A DNA stretch of 64,000 bases. It comes from Eledone cirrhosa (taxonomy: Eukaryota). The notes beneath the pieces were generated by a model. It was not told the DNA's origin. It saw only the letters and a program-made list of their open reading frames with translations, and ran no database searches. Both the position numbers and the translations under genes were made by a program. Below are positions 40,118 to 52,859 of the stretch, piece after piece. Location of the stretch: contig OZ024741.1 in NCBI GenBank assembly GCA_964016885.1, positions 43,772,001-43,836,000 of the forward strand. The letters are read 5' to 3'. The stretch's first letter is position 1. Each line of letters begins with the position of its first letter.

Positions 40118-42395
40118 TGTGTGCACTTATACTTTGGGAGTATCATGCTCCCAATAAATACACATGCACCTGTTGGATTTGCCTTCAATTTATTATAAAC
40201 TCCGGGTGGTTGTTTCGCTATGGGTCGTCAAACTCCTTCACACATTCAGATAATATACATGATTAATTTGATATTTACATATTTTGATGTTATGGGTGAT
40301 TAAAATATCACTATAACATCTCCGCAAAGAGCATTGTTGGTTATGTTACTCTCAGCATCGTTTACATTTTTTGGTTGTGAGTAGAAGCTATGGTTGTTTC
40401 ACACATTACAATATTACTGTGCGTATCTTGTCTTTCGAAAACATATCCCTCATTAACAATACAACACATTTTATTTTATAAAACATTCAAACATGAAAAG
40501 AACAGAAGACAGCAAATGCAATGTTTATATCCACTTTCACATTATGGCAGAAAACAGGAACGAAAACCATAATAGACATCAATTCTATATTATGCTACAG
40601 TAACCTATACGTTTGGAGACTTGCAACTACAAGGCAGCGATTTAATGACCCGTTCTTGTCACACTGCCTGCATCCATGTAGAAATTTTCAAATGCTTTTG
40701 TTTTTACTGTTAACATTTTGTGCATAAATTTCTAGCAATGCTTTTTGCATCTATTTTTGTTTCTTTAAATATTGTATACGTGTCAAAGTCACCACAATAA
40801 AAGTGAAAGATAAACACAATGGTATCCAATGTTTTGATGGAGTACATATAATAAATGACGAGTAAAATGAGTTGAAATAGATTCAGTGAGAATGCAATTC
40901 TCGAAGATAATATAACACATATCACGGATATATCATTTCTACTCTCTATCAGATGTAATATGTTGTCAGCTAATATGATACCACATAATATGTATACAAC
41001 AGATAATACAGTCAAAACAGCATTAAACAGGTTTCAAATTTTCATAAAGACAAAAGATATTCTCAAATGTAACATGATATACCCCGTATGTTTTCACTAT
41101 ACTAACTTACATGCAATAAGTTATCAGCTAAAATGTTAACACATGCATAAAACACATATCGAAAACAAAGTATATATAGACAAAATAAATATTTTTAAAA
41201 TACATAATATAGTCATATACTTGCAACTGAATTAGCTTGTCATTTCCTCAACGCTAGAAGGTAAATCAGCGTCAGGCAAATACAATATGTACCATTTCTA
41301 TTGTAATTCTACTCTATCTCATATGTAATATGTTGTCCCCTAACAGGACATCACTTATTCATAAGATAAACACATATATAATACATAATGCTGACAAAAT
41401 TAAAAGCATGTAGTGCCTGTACATACATACATTCATACATAGAGACATACATACGGACATACATACATGCATACATATATACATACACACTCATACACAT
41501 ACATACACATATACATACATCCCTACATAGATACATACATACATTCATACATACGTACATACACACATACATACATACATACATACATACATACACACAT
41601 ACATACATACATACATACATACATACATACATACATACATACATACATACATACATACATACATAAATACATACATGCATACATACATACCCACACAAAT
41701 ATGTATGTACGTTCTGTCTCTTAATTTTGAATGTATATTTGATCGGCTACCTTCCAGGTGGTAAGATTGTAAAGAAAAGGAAATTGTCATAATATCTTGT
41801 GTATGCATGTATACAATTCATTTATAAATTGCCTCCACAGTTCCAGTCCTGTAGAAGCCATTTCTATGTGATATAAATGTTTTTCCTCTACTAATGCATC
41901 GTGTACATTCTGTAACTCTGGTTATCTTCCGTCACTCTTCCGAAAACAATTCTTAATTATGTATAAATACATACACACATACATACATACATTCATACAT
42001 ACATACATACATACATACATACATACATACATACATACATACATACATACATTCTTATAGATGACTGAAAACACACGTACGTCTCAAATGTTTTTTTTCC
42101 CATTCATCCGCTCTTCTCAGTTCTTATTAGTTCTTATTAGTCTTGTCAGTTCTTATTAGTTCCTCTTGTTGGAATAAGCAAAATAAGAGTAGAAAGAAGA
42201 GGAGGATCAAAGGAAAACAAATTGGCAATGGTGAGGTCACAGATTGTGTGACTAAAGTGTTTTGAAAATTATGTAAGATAAGAAATTATTAAAAATATCG
42301 AATAGAAGATTAACTACTGTGTGTATTTTACTGCCCTCCTCAAATATAGCAATATAGGTTTCAACAGACAGTTCCACAGCAGTAATCTTGCAAAG

Positions 42396-42483
<88 letters not shown>

Positions 42484-43120
42484 TATATAGTGAGTGAAAC
42501 GAGCGAGACATGTAAACAAACAACGATGGTATGGCAACGGAACGATAGGAAGAGACAAGCACATGAAATCTGTATGCTTAAGCTTTGTGAATTCATGGGC
42601 GAGAGATACAGACCATCCGACATTGGTGAGATGTGACCGGGAAAAGGATTTCACACATGTCAAACGGGAGGAAGTGAGAGAGGGGAAGAAGCAGAGAGTG
42701 AGTGAGTGGAAGTGTGAGGACGAGACCAGCAGAGAGAGTGTGTGACTGGCAGAGGGGGTAAAAAGAGGAAAGAGAGTAAGGAAAAAACAGATAATCGCAG
42801 CTGAGGAAAAAAAAACGATGAAATACCAATGAAAGTTGGAAGATTACTGATGAAGGACTAATTTTATTCATATGTAACCCATGTGCAACCACGCAGTGCT
42901 CCATTTTTCTCATATATATATATATATTCATTTAGGTTTGTTGGTTCACCACTGGATAGAAATGGTCATTCCGTATAGCCAACCGTAGTCATTGAAATGT
43001 GTATAGTGTTTGCTATAATAAGTCTTTGAAGAAATTTCATTTTCTTCAATAATATATATATATATATATATTATATATATCAGATGTGAGAAAAACCACA
43101 GCCCCTCCATCTCAATTCTG

Positions 43121-43156
43121 CTTTTGAAAAGCAGAAGAACTGCGAAACCGGTAAAG
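43121..43156 (+). ncRNA. Minimal type I hammerhead, U3-A8 variant
   Basis: ctt-TTGAAAA-gcag aagaa ctgc-GAAA-ccgg-TA-aag. Confidence 0.8.
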
Positions 43157-43284
43157 GAACCAAATGTATATAATATAAATAGACTTCAGTTGCATTTTCG
43201 ATTTCATCTTTTTCCCTTATACTTTCACTCGTGTATGACACCTCATTTTTTTTTCATTTTGTAAAAAAACCTCACTTTCTAATA

Positions 43285-43351
<67 letters not shown>

Positions 43352-43636
43352 GATATTAAATAAATGGAAACTATATTTATAAAACCATATTTATTTCATT
43401 ATATATATTTCAGGGATATCATATTAAAAATATGTTATGCCTTCTTCAGACAAAATACAATATAAACAGTCTTATAAATAGATAGATTTGACATACCTTT
43501 CAACTTCAACTTCCATTTAAAAAGTTGATTTGGTATATATATATATAAAGTTGATTATATATATATATAAGAAGGAGTTTGTTGTTTAGTTGAAGCACTG
43601 TATATTGTATAAAGAATTCAAAGTTTAAATGCCATG

Positions 43637-43699
<63 letters not shown>

Positions 43700-43702
<3 letters not shown>

Positions 43703-43910
43703 ACGAAGGAGGTGTGGTAAGGAACCAGATGGAACATAACGCACCAGAGTACTCAATACTTAGGGTAGTAGAGTGGGTAATAGGAAAAAGTTTAACCCCG
43801 ACGGCAGAGCTCAAGCCGTTTCGACGGCTATTTTTGGACATAGCAATATAGTTCAGAAATAGCCGTCGGAACGGCTTGAGCTCTTCCGTCGGTGTTAAAC
43901 CTGTTTACTA
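43700..43910 (-). mobile_element. Fold-back mini-PLE, sister of 38423-38618
   Basis: Same tail and HHR 3' half, inverted about a different 12-15 nt spacer, with (TA)n flanks. Confidence 0.85.
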
Positions 43911-43979
43911 TATATATATATATATAGTATAGTATATACAGATCAGAGCAAACATCACGGACGTTCTATCTCAAAACTA

Positions 43980-44016
43980 TTTTTGAAAAGCATTTAGAAA
44001 TGCGCAACCGGTAAAA
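43980..44016 (+). ncRNA. Mutated minimal hammerhead, U3-A8 variant
   Basis: ttt-TTGAAAA-gcatttagaaatgc-GCAA-ccgg-TA-aaa. GAAA is changed to GCAA. Confidence 0.6.
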
Positions 44017-44124
44017 CTTAAAACCAAAACTGAATACTAACCAATACAATTACTAATTCTCATTTATTCCTAATCAAACTATTTGTCACTGTGAACAATT
44101 TGTCAGCATTTTCTATTCCGTTTA

Positions 44125-44246
<122 letters not shown>

Positions 44247-44305
44247 AATACATATATTTATTTATATAGATATATGCATGTATATGTATTTTGTGCGTAT
44301 GTATG

Positions 44306-44336
<31 letters not shown>

Positions 44337-45093
44337 ATGTGTGTGTGTGTCTGTGTGTGTGTGTGTGTGTGTCTGTCTGTGTCTGTGTATGTGATGTTTT
44401 CCATATTGTATCTCGAGGACTGATAATATCTAAATACTCGTCATTTTGAATGGCAAAGACACGATAATCTATTATACCATCTAATATATACATTTTCATT
44501 AATAGAATTATCAGAAATCGGAATTGTGATTTATAAAATCATATTATTTTAGGGAAATTATATTGCTTTATCGAGTGTAACATATTACCACGAGTCACTA
44601 TATAATGCAACGTTGATACTATTTCCATTAAGCCCTATGATCATGCATAACCTATTTTCTTATAAACCCTTTAAAATAACCAATCATAAAATGCACACTT
44701 GAGGAAGCGAATATTCTTACACACACAGGAAACTAATTCAACTACAGAAAAATAAGCCCGAAACTCAGCAACACACGTATAGTTATATAATCTGAGTTGT
44801 ATACATTTATGCTTTCATGTATGTATCTATGTATGTGTTTCTGTAACTATCTATAACACCATCTAAGTATGTGTGTATGTACGGATGGATGGATGGATGG
44901 GAATGGGAATATGTGTATGTATGTATGTATGTATGTATGTATGTATGTATGTATGTATGTATGTATGTATGTGTGACTGTATGTATATATGTATATATAT
45001 ATGAATATATATGTGTATGAATTTACTTATGTAAGTAGACGATTTAATCACAAGAGAAACTTAGTTAGGCATACATTTACTGCATGAAATAAC

Positions 45094-45240
45094 TGTTTCT
45101 ATTTGGTACTTTATTTTATCGACCCCGTAAGGATGAAAGGCAAAGTTAACCTCGGCCGGATTTGATCTCAGATCGTAAAGGGACGTAACTATGCTGGAGA
45201 GCATGGTGTCCGACCCTCTAACTATACTGCCAATTCACCG
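45094..45240 (-). mobile_element. Octopod SINE with about 19-bp target-site duplication
   Basis: Flanked by atttactgcatgaaataac at 45075 and 45242. Confidence 0.85.
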
Positions 45241-45391
45241 TATTTACTGCATGAAATAACGCAGAGACATAAATATGACGTAGAATGAGATAACTGTGTG
45301 GTAAGATTTACAAACATAATGGCCGAATAGAAATTAAAATGACGATGATGACAAGGATAGTAATGGGACAATATAGGACTCAATAGTGGTT

Positions 45392-45571
45392 ATAATTGTT
45401 TCTACTTTAGGCACAAGGCCAGCAATTACCCACTGCATTACTGGTACTTTATTTTATCGACCCCGTAAGGATGAAAGGCAAAGTCAACCTCGGCGGGATT
45501 TGAACTCAGACCGTAAAGGGACGTAACTATGCTAGTAAGCATGGCGTCCGACTCTCTACCGATACTGCCAA
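45392..45571 (-). mobile_element. Octopod tRNA-derived SINE
   Basis: Family match. Confidence 0.88.
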
Positions 45572-45666
45572 TGGTTATAATGATAATGAAGATGGCCATG
45601 AGACTGGTCGTGAGCTGATGAGAAGTAAGAGGAGAAAGGGCTAGCATGAGTAGCAGGATATGGTGT

Positions 45667-45925
<259 letters not shown>

Positions 45926-46029
45926 AGAAAAGGAAATGAATACATATATATATACATATACACAACATATACTTAGCTACCACATCAAGACGTAAAATAT
46001 CCATGTATAGATCGTACTATCCGTTAGGG

Positions 46030-49000
46030 TATAACGTGGGGCTGTAATACAGGAAAGTGCAATTTATGTTTACAAGCCGAAATTGCCTCAGATTTTTTGT
46101 TTAAGATGTGGTCTGTGGCGTAGAGAATTTCCAGGGCCTCAGCGGCGCAGAGGTATCATGGTCTTTTATTTCCGTTATACGATCTAGCCCTAGCTAGGAT
46201 CTCCCAGTGTAACTTATATTGGATGTGGTTGTCTTTTAGACTCCAGATATAAGCTGAAAGTGACGTCATATTCCTTCTTAGAGGGTAACGAAAAGAATGG
46301 GTATGCATGTAAAGACGCTGCTTGAATCTATTGGCGATTAATGCTATGTAGATCCTACGGGACGTGGGTGTTTCAACCTTACATTTGTAGACAATGCTAC
46401 TAGAGAGGCATTTCCCGGATAGGGGGCAATCCACCCGATTCCTACAATTACAGTTAGTACTAACTACAGGGTTGCACGTGTTCCTACGGCTAGGTAGTAT
46501 AGCTAAATTAGAAGCTGTGATGTTATGTGCAAGGTTAGGAGTCGTAGAGTAAGAAATTTTAATAGTATTTCTATTAAAAATGTTACTATATTTATGTGTA
46601 GGGGGAAAATGCTTTGTAATAAGGGAAAGAAAGATCTTAGCTAATGGTGTGGCCACCTCCATATTATATGGTCGGTTATACCGACAAATGCGGCGGGATC
46701 TATTTCTTCTAGGTCTATTTTCGTACTCTGTATATGCTACCTTATCGACAAATCGGCTCTGAACAAGAGCTTCATTGTAATAAGTGGAATGGTCGTTGAA
46801 AATATGCTCGTTAGTAGATAGACGGGAAAGCCTCAACGAAACGTTCCATACCAGGTTATTGGTTATGATGGCAGGATGGTTGGAATGCATACTTATGTAA
46901 TTAAGCGTATCATTCGGCTTTCTATACGGGTAATAAAACCCATTCAATAAATTGAGGGTAACGTCGAGGTAATTAACGACCGAGAGATTGGCCTCAACCT
47001 GTATAGAGAGGTTGAAGCCTTTAAAGAAGGCTGTGAGTTCTTTTCTGAAGCTGTCGCAAGCATGAGGTCCGCACTTAGTCATCGTCAAAAGACCATCATC
47101 ACGGTACAAACCACCCCGCGCGTTGGGGAATTCGTCCTTGATAGAGAAAAGAAGGAAAAGGCTGATAAGATTAGTAACCTCCGCAGAATCGCTGGCGCCC
47201 ATACTCACGTCGAATGGGGTACTATTGGATTTTTTAATCCAAATAGAGTCGTCGAAATTAATCACCGACTTACGGGTATTGAGGATGACATCAATTTCGA
47301 AATCCTTAACCACTGTGAGTGTTTTAGCGAAATTGATAGCTCTAAGGATAAGTGGTAAAGTGGCGGAGGAGTAGTAATTGTTGATGTCGAATTCGATAAA
47401 ACGGCAATGTTACTTGTTACATATGCCGTTGAACCAATCAATCACCGTGAAAGAATTGTTCCACAGTGCAAGAGGGGCCAAACTTCTAATTTCAGGTATA
47501 ATTCTATCAAGAATCGTTTTACTAAGTCTACCTAAATCGGACTTCGTAGGGTGAATAAGCCGAATAGAGGGGTTGTTCGGAATATTGGATTTGTGATCCT
47601 TCAGGGTAAAGTGGGGAGAAATAGGGTCCAGAGGTTCGGTCCGGTCCAGGATGTTGAGATCAGATGTGATTTTAAACCCAGCATCGTTGATTTCATTGAT
47701 GACGCACCGATTAGTTTTACGATAATCCTTAGTTACTGCATTATGTAGTAGTTGATGGTAAGTACTGCGCTCCACTTGATATAGGCTGCCAGTTTTGTCG
47801 GAATGGACGTGCACGGCATTAGAATCCTTAATATAACGAATTCTATTCTTCAGGTCCTGCTGGAAGGAATTGCCCCTATTCCGAAATGTGATACTCCTTA
47901 TGAGTTCCAAGACAAGATTTTCGAAGGGTAGCAGTGCTGGGTTACACGGGGCATATTATAGGTTTTAAACCCAAATTTATCCTATTTGTTGTCTGCTTTT
48001 CGCGGATTATCGAAATGAAAGGCACGCCAAAGCAACCTTTTAATGAACGCGTCTGTTTTCTGTATCAGGAGTTTTAAGTATGTTTTCCTGCTTGGTACGG
48101 GTATGTTCTTTGTAGACATATTCAGATGTTGTTTCTGCATGATGAATATAAATCAATAGAGTGCTCAACCGAGGGAGCCAAATAGTAATAATAATAAATT
48201 TGAAGACTAATATCCAAAGAGGGCTCGATGAGGATAAATATATATCAAATATATAAGAACCGTAGAGCAAATATTTATTAAAATAACAGATTAAAGTTTA
48301 AGCAAAGGATCTCTGCTTTCACCCTTAACGGGAACTTCTGAAACTAACAAAGACAATCTGTAAACGCAGATGTGCGTGGTTTTGTATACCTATGGTAAGT
48401 GTTTTCGCGTATGCTTGTGTATGTACGTATTTGTACGCGTGTATGTATTTATTTAATTTCTTTTACCTCTGTATTGTATTTATTTACTTTGCTCTTAACT
48501 ATGAAGCGGAGATTCATTCGGTCTCCTCGTTAGAATTTTAGTCTACGACTTCTTCTATACTATTTACGTGGTTTTTCTTTGTGTGCAATTGTTCTCCACG
48601 AGCCACATATGTCGTATTATCTTCGTTTTTTTCGTTCATTGCCAGAGAACGTCTCTATGAACCACATAAGAGAACATTAGTCTATGACCTCATTATACCA
48701 TAAACGTGGTTCTGTCTTTGCGCGTAATTGTTTTTCACCGCTCCTATCAATGACGTATTATATTCGTTTTTTCCAGTTCTTTGCCAGGGAACGTTTCCAC
48801 GAACCAAAGTATCATCTTCCTGTCTTCCTCCGGTTGGAACGTTTTTTGAAATATCCACTTCTGCATTTACAGATTGATTTTGTTAGTTTCAGAAGATCCC
48901 GTTAAGGGTGAAAGCAGCGATTCTTTGCTTAAACTTTAATCTGTTATTTTAATAAATATTTGCTCTACGGTTCTTATATATTTGATATATATTTATCCTT

Positions 49001-49052
49001 ATCGATCCCTCTTTGGATTTTAGTCTTCAAATTTATTATTATTACTATTACA
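46030..49052 (-). mobile_element. Neptune-like Penelope element with 5' pseudo-LTR and inverted 3'-end segment
   Basis: The ORF runs from ATG 48140. A pseudo-LTR at 48183-48374 (minus) is followed by an inverted copy of the 3' end at 48375-49052 (plus), which has an internal ~135-bp duplication. Confidence 0.9.
46060..48140 (-). pseudogene. PLE RT plus GIY-YIG polyprotein, disrupted
   Basis: STKNIPVPS..FIKRLLWRA, SDKTGSLY, TLKDHK, RLIHPTKSDLG, EFDINNYY, DVSMGASDSAEV, GLYRDDGL, NYLDVTL, SNHP, CNC..CPLSGKC..IVYKC, FKQR..HTHSF. Confidence 0.92.
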
Positions 49053-49086
49053 TATACACATATATATATATATACATATATATACA

Positions 49087-49755
49087 TGGGGAGGGTCATA
49101 TTTGTGTAATATTGCCAGAATTAATAACAGAACATACTCACTGTTTGGTTGGTTTTCGCTTTTCGCTTCTGTGTCTTTTATATCGGTTAATTTAATTTAT
49201 TCGGTCCTCAATGTTGCCATTGACTGACCAACGGTCAAAAATACAGATACAATATAGACACAAATACATATATATATAGTCTATAAAAGTTCTTTCGTTG
49301 CACATCTGCAACAACGTCAGTGGTGCTATTGTTTCCTCCTGTTGCATTGTATTTTCTACGCCATCTTTATTTAGTCTGTTTATATATTTATTTATTTGTT
49401 TATTTTTTTGTGTTCTTTGCGCATGCGTTTGCGTGTGTGTATAGTGTTTTGTTTGATGTGTGTTCGTGATTGGGTGACTGTGTATTGGTTAATGTATTCT
49501 ATCTTTACTAGTGTGTGTTTATATGTGTTTGTTGTTATTGTGCTTGTGTATGTATTTATTTATTTATCTATTTATTTATTTATTTATACTTCTCTTAGGT
49601 CAGTGTTGTTTGTTTGGGTGTTATTATTCCATTCATTTTTTCTGTTTAGCCTTGGCCTTCTAAGTTCTATTTCCCTGGCCTCTCTTATTTGCCTATCTGC
49701 TGGGTCATTTCTATGTTTAGATATTATTCTAATTTCTATGTTGTCTATGTTACCG
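49087..49755 (-). mobile_element. 3' fragment of a second Naiad-like PLE
   Basis: Minus strand gives NIEIRIISKHRNDPADRQIREAREIELRRPRLNRKNEWN. The 3' UTR shares GCGCATGCGCA and ATGACCCTCCC with 24900-25300. Confidence 0.8.
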
Positions 49756-50045
49756 TCGTATTTTGGTTATTGGAAATTAGCGAAAAACAACTTCCGAGAT
49801 GTGTGGCAAGCGCTCAATAGATTCTAACGAACCAGAGGTACAACATACGTTAAAAGGCCAAACGCACTGAGTCGATGGTTAAACCATTATCCGCACAGCC
49901 ATAGAAACGACCAAGTAATTCGGGTCAAACAAATAAAAAAATATGTTTGAAAAATATGATATATATATATATATATATATAATAGAAAAGACGATGACGT
50001 TTCGTTTACATATGAATAATATTCCGTATTTCACCGTACTACATA

Positions 50046-50115
<70 letters not shown>

Positions 50116-50404
50116 GTGTGTGTGAGAGAGAGAGAGAGACAGAATCAATAAGATTAGAAAAGGAAAAGATAACAGAAAAGTGAATCCAGGGAGGCATAAC
50201 AGAATAAACGAGGAATATAAGATGTAGAGGAGAATCATTGAAAAGAGTTTACCCTATTTAATAGTAACGTTAAATCACTGTAGATATCATCAGAGTAACG
50301 CTTGTGTGAATAAATTAATTATTTCTGTTATATCTCATATAACAGAAAAAAGGAATTCTATATAATTTAGATATATAGAAGATTATATATATATGATAAT
50401 GATA

Positions 50405-50790
50405 ATAATTGTTTCTACTTTTGGTACAAACCCAGCAATTACCCCAGTGCATTACTGGTACTTTATTTGATCGACCCCGTAAGGATGAAAGGCAAAGTTA
50501 ACCTCGGCGCGATTTGAACTTAGACCCTAAAGGGACGTAACTACGCTGGAAAGCATGTCGGACTCTCTACCGATACTACCAATTCACCGCAATGATAATA
50601 ATTGTTTTTACTTTTGGCACAAGGCTAGTAATTATCCCAGTACATTACTGGTACTTTATTTTATCGACCCTGTAAGGACGAAAAGCAAAGTTAACCCCGG
50701 CGGGATTTGAACTCAGATCATAAAGGGAGGTAACTCTATGCTGCAAAGGATGGCGTCTGACTCTCCACCGATACTGCTAATCCACCGCCT
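50405..50790 (-). mobile_element. Two tandem octopod SINEs
   Basis: Copies at 50405-50589 and 50598-50790, separated and flanked by aatgataataat. Confidence 0.88.
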
Positions 50791-51366
50791 TCACCCCAAT
50801 GATAATAATGATATACGTTTAGATCGATATTCCAGGATTTCGATCCCGTTATTTACATTTCCTTCAACAAATCCATTTAGATCACACGCATAAGAACAAT
50901 TGTAAGAAAACATACCTAACCAGAGGTTTTTGCCGTAAAATCAGAGTAGAATTATTGTTTTAACAGCTTCAAATCTGAAAACATTCAATTATATCAATTG
51001 TGCCTCTAAGAGAATTTCTCTGAGACTTGAAGAATGATACACCCCTCAAGATTATGGCGGTTTCTTCCATTACTGGTGGTTCAAATAATAATTCTTCCCC
51101 ATACAAAACCGTATGAAACCATGGTAGGCAGATCTAATATAAGCGAAGTTGGATTGAAATACGTTTTTGTCTATCTTGTTTATACTACCAGAGTTTTTTC
51201 ACATCTAATTTTAATATATAATGTAGCTTCCCTGAAAGATTTCTTTCATTGAGATTTTTACATATTAGAAACTTTAATTTATATTAAAATGCTCCTTAAT
51301 TTGTCGGATATTAATGCTCCTTAATTTGTCGGATATTAAAATGCTCCTTAATTTGGAGGATAGGTA

Positions 51367-51411
51367 AATATTGCTGATGAGATGTAACAACATCGAAGCT
51401 AGTCCAATATT
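51367..51411 (+). ncRNA. Type I hammerhead, copy 1 (GAAG substitution)
   Basis: aatattg-CTGATGA-gatgt aaca acatc-GAAG-ctag-TC-caatatt. Confidence 0.8.
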
Positions 51412-51830
51412 CCTGTCTGGCTTTCTGGAGAATAGAGGAAGGTGTTTCCTCGAAAACCAGTATGACTCTAAAAACCGGTTTGTCTGTGTGTTTACATACA
51501 GAATAGCTGAACACTCACAGTAAAGTGTCCAGTGAAAAACTCGGTACATCTACATATGTACACGTGTGTGTATTCATATGCATACTAGTATTTCAGTATA
51601 CATATGTGGATGTACATTTTTAACTTAATTGTTTAAGCGTCAGTCATACAAAAGTGAGTTACAAACGAAACGAAATTTAATTTCGTTTCGTTATTTGTTT
51701 TTATCGTCTCCGCTGAACCGGTACGTACTCACGCTCTATGCAAATTAGTCTGCCCACTACTAATTTTCATAGAAAAAGCATATAACGATATGTGCCTTTA
51801 CGATTCTCTAGAAAGGCCGGAGGATAGGTA

Positions 51831-51875
51831 AATATTGCTGATGAGATGTAACAACATCGAAACTAGTCCAATATT
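51831..51875 (+). ncRNA. Type I hammerhead, copy 2 (fully canonical)
   Basis: aatattg-CTGATGA-gatgt aaca acatc-GAAA-ctag-TC-caatatt. Confidence 0.92.
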
Positions 51876-52442
51876 CCTGTCTGGCTTTCTGGAGAATAGA
51901 GGAAAGGTGTTTCCTCGAAAACCAGTATGACTCTAAAAACCAGTTTGTCTGTGTGTTTACATACAGAATAGCTGAACACTCACAGTAAAGTGTCCATGGA
52001 AAAACTCGGTACATCTACATATGTACACGTGTGTGTATTCATATGCATACTAGTATTTCAGTATACATATGTGGATGTACATTTTTAACTTAATTGTTTA
52101 AGCGTCAGTCATACAAAAGTGAGTTACAAACGAAACGAAATTTAATTTCGTTTCGTTATTTGTTTGTATACATATATTTATATATATAATATGCACACAT
52201 GCTACGTGCGTGTGCAAGCAAGCACACGTGTGCATACACATACAAGCTCTTGGGTATTCATGCATGCACATAAACCATTGTGTACACACACACATAGATA
52301 CATATATGGTGTCATACTTTATTAACATTTCTGTTTACTCAAAACAATAATGTATTAATTTTTCGCTCCATTGAGTGCTTTGTAATTTCCTCAAACAATT
52401 CGATTAGTACCTACTACATTGCGACTACAACTTCGATTCCTA

Positions 52443-52506
<64 letters not shown>

Positions 52507-52585
52507 ATATATATTTCCAGCCTCACTTTCATATAGATTATATTTTTGTTTTTAAAATCCAATGCCAATAAATACACCAGGAATT

Positions 52586-52646
52586 TTTCATTCTGATGAT
52601 TGAAAGCAAAATTTGTTTGCTTTTAAGAAACCACTGGTAAATGAAA
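52586..52646 (+). ncRNA. Type I hammerhead in 5' pseudo-LTR
   Basis: tttcatt-CTGATGA-ttgaaagcaaa atttg tttgcttttaa-GAAA-ccactgg-TA-aatgaaa. Confidence 0.9.
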
Positions 52647-52859
52647 TAAATGCCTTATGTTGTTTATTACATAACTATTAAGCTCTGTTACCTACATAGA
52701 GCACTCTTTTTTCTTGGATCTTTCCGACGGAATTACTTCATTTATACAGCTCCAACCGGGATTGATTGAAGCATATTCTATATTACATATATGATTAGCA
52801 CTTTCCAGTCCGATTGGTTGACCACTCTACAGTTTTCAGGAATTTAACCAACATACACA

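Larger units (their letters stand above)
51357..52162 (+). mobile_element. Retrozyme-like element: two ~345-bp direct repeats, each with an HHR
   Basis: 51357-51700 is nearly identical to 51820-52162, with a ~120-bp unique spacer and no coding capacity. Confidence 0.8.

Noticed and set aside
40710-41015. Hydrophobic 101-aa ORF as a membrane protein
   Set aside because: Non-ATG start, AT-rich compositional bias and no recognisable motif.
51278-51356. Three ~26-bp repeats as CRISPR-like
   Set aside because: Contiguous tandem repeat with no spacers, in a eukaryotic context.
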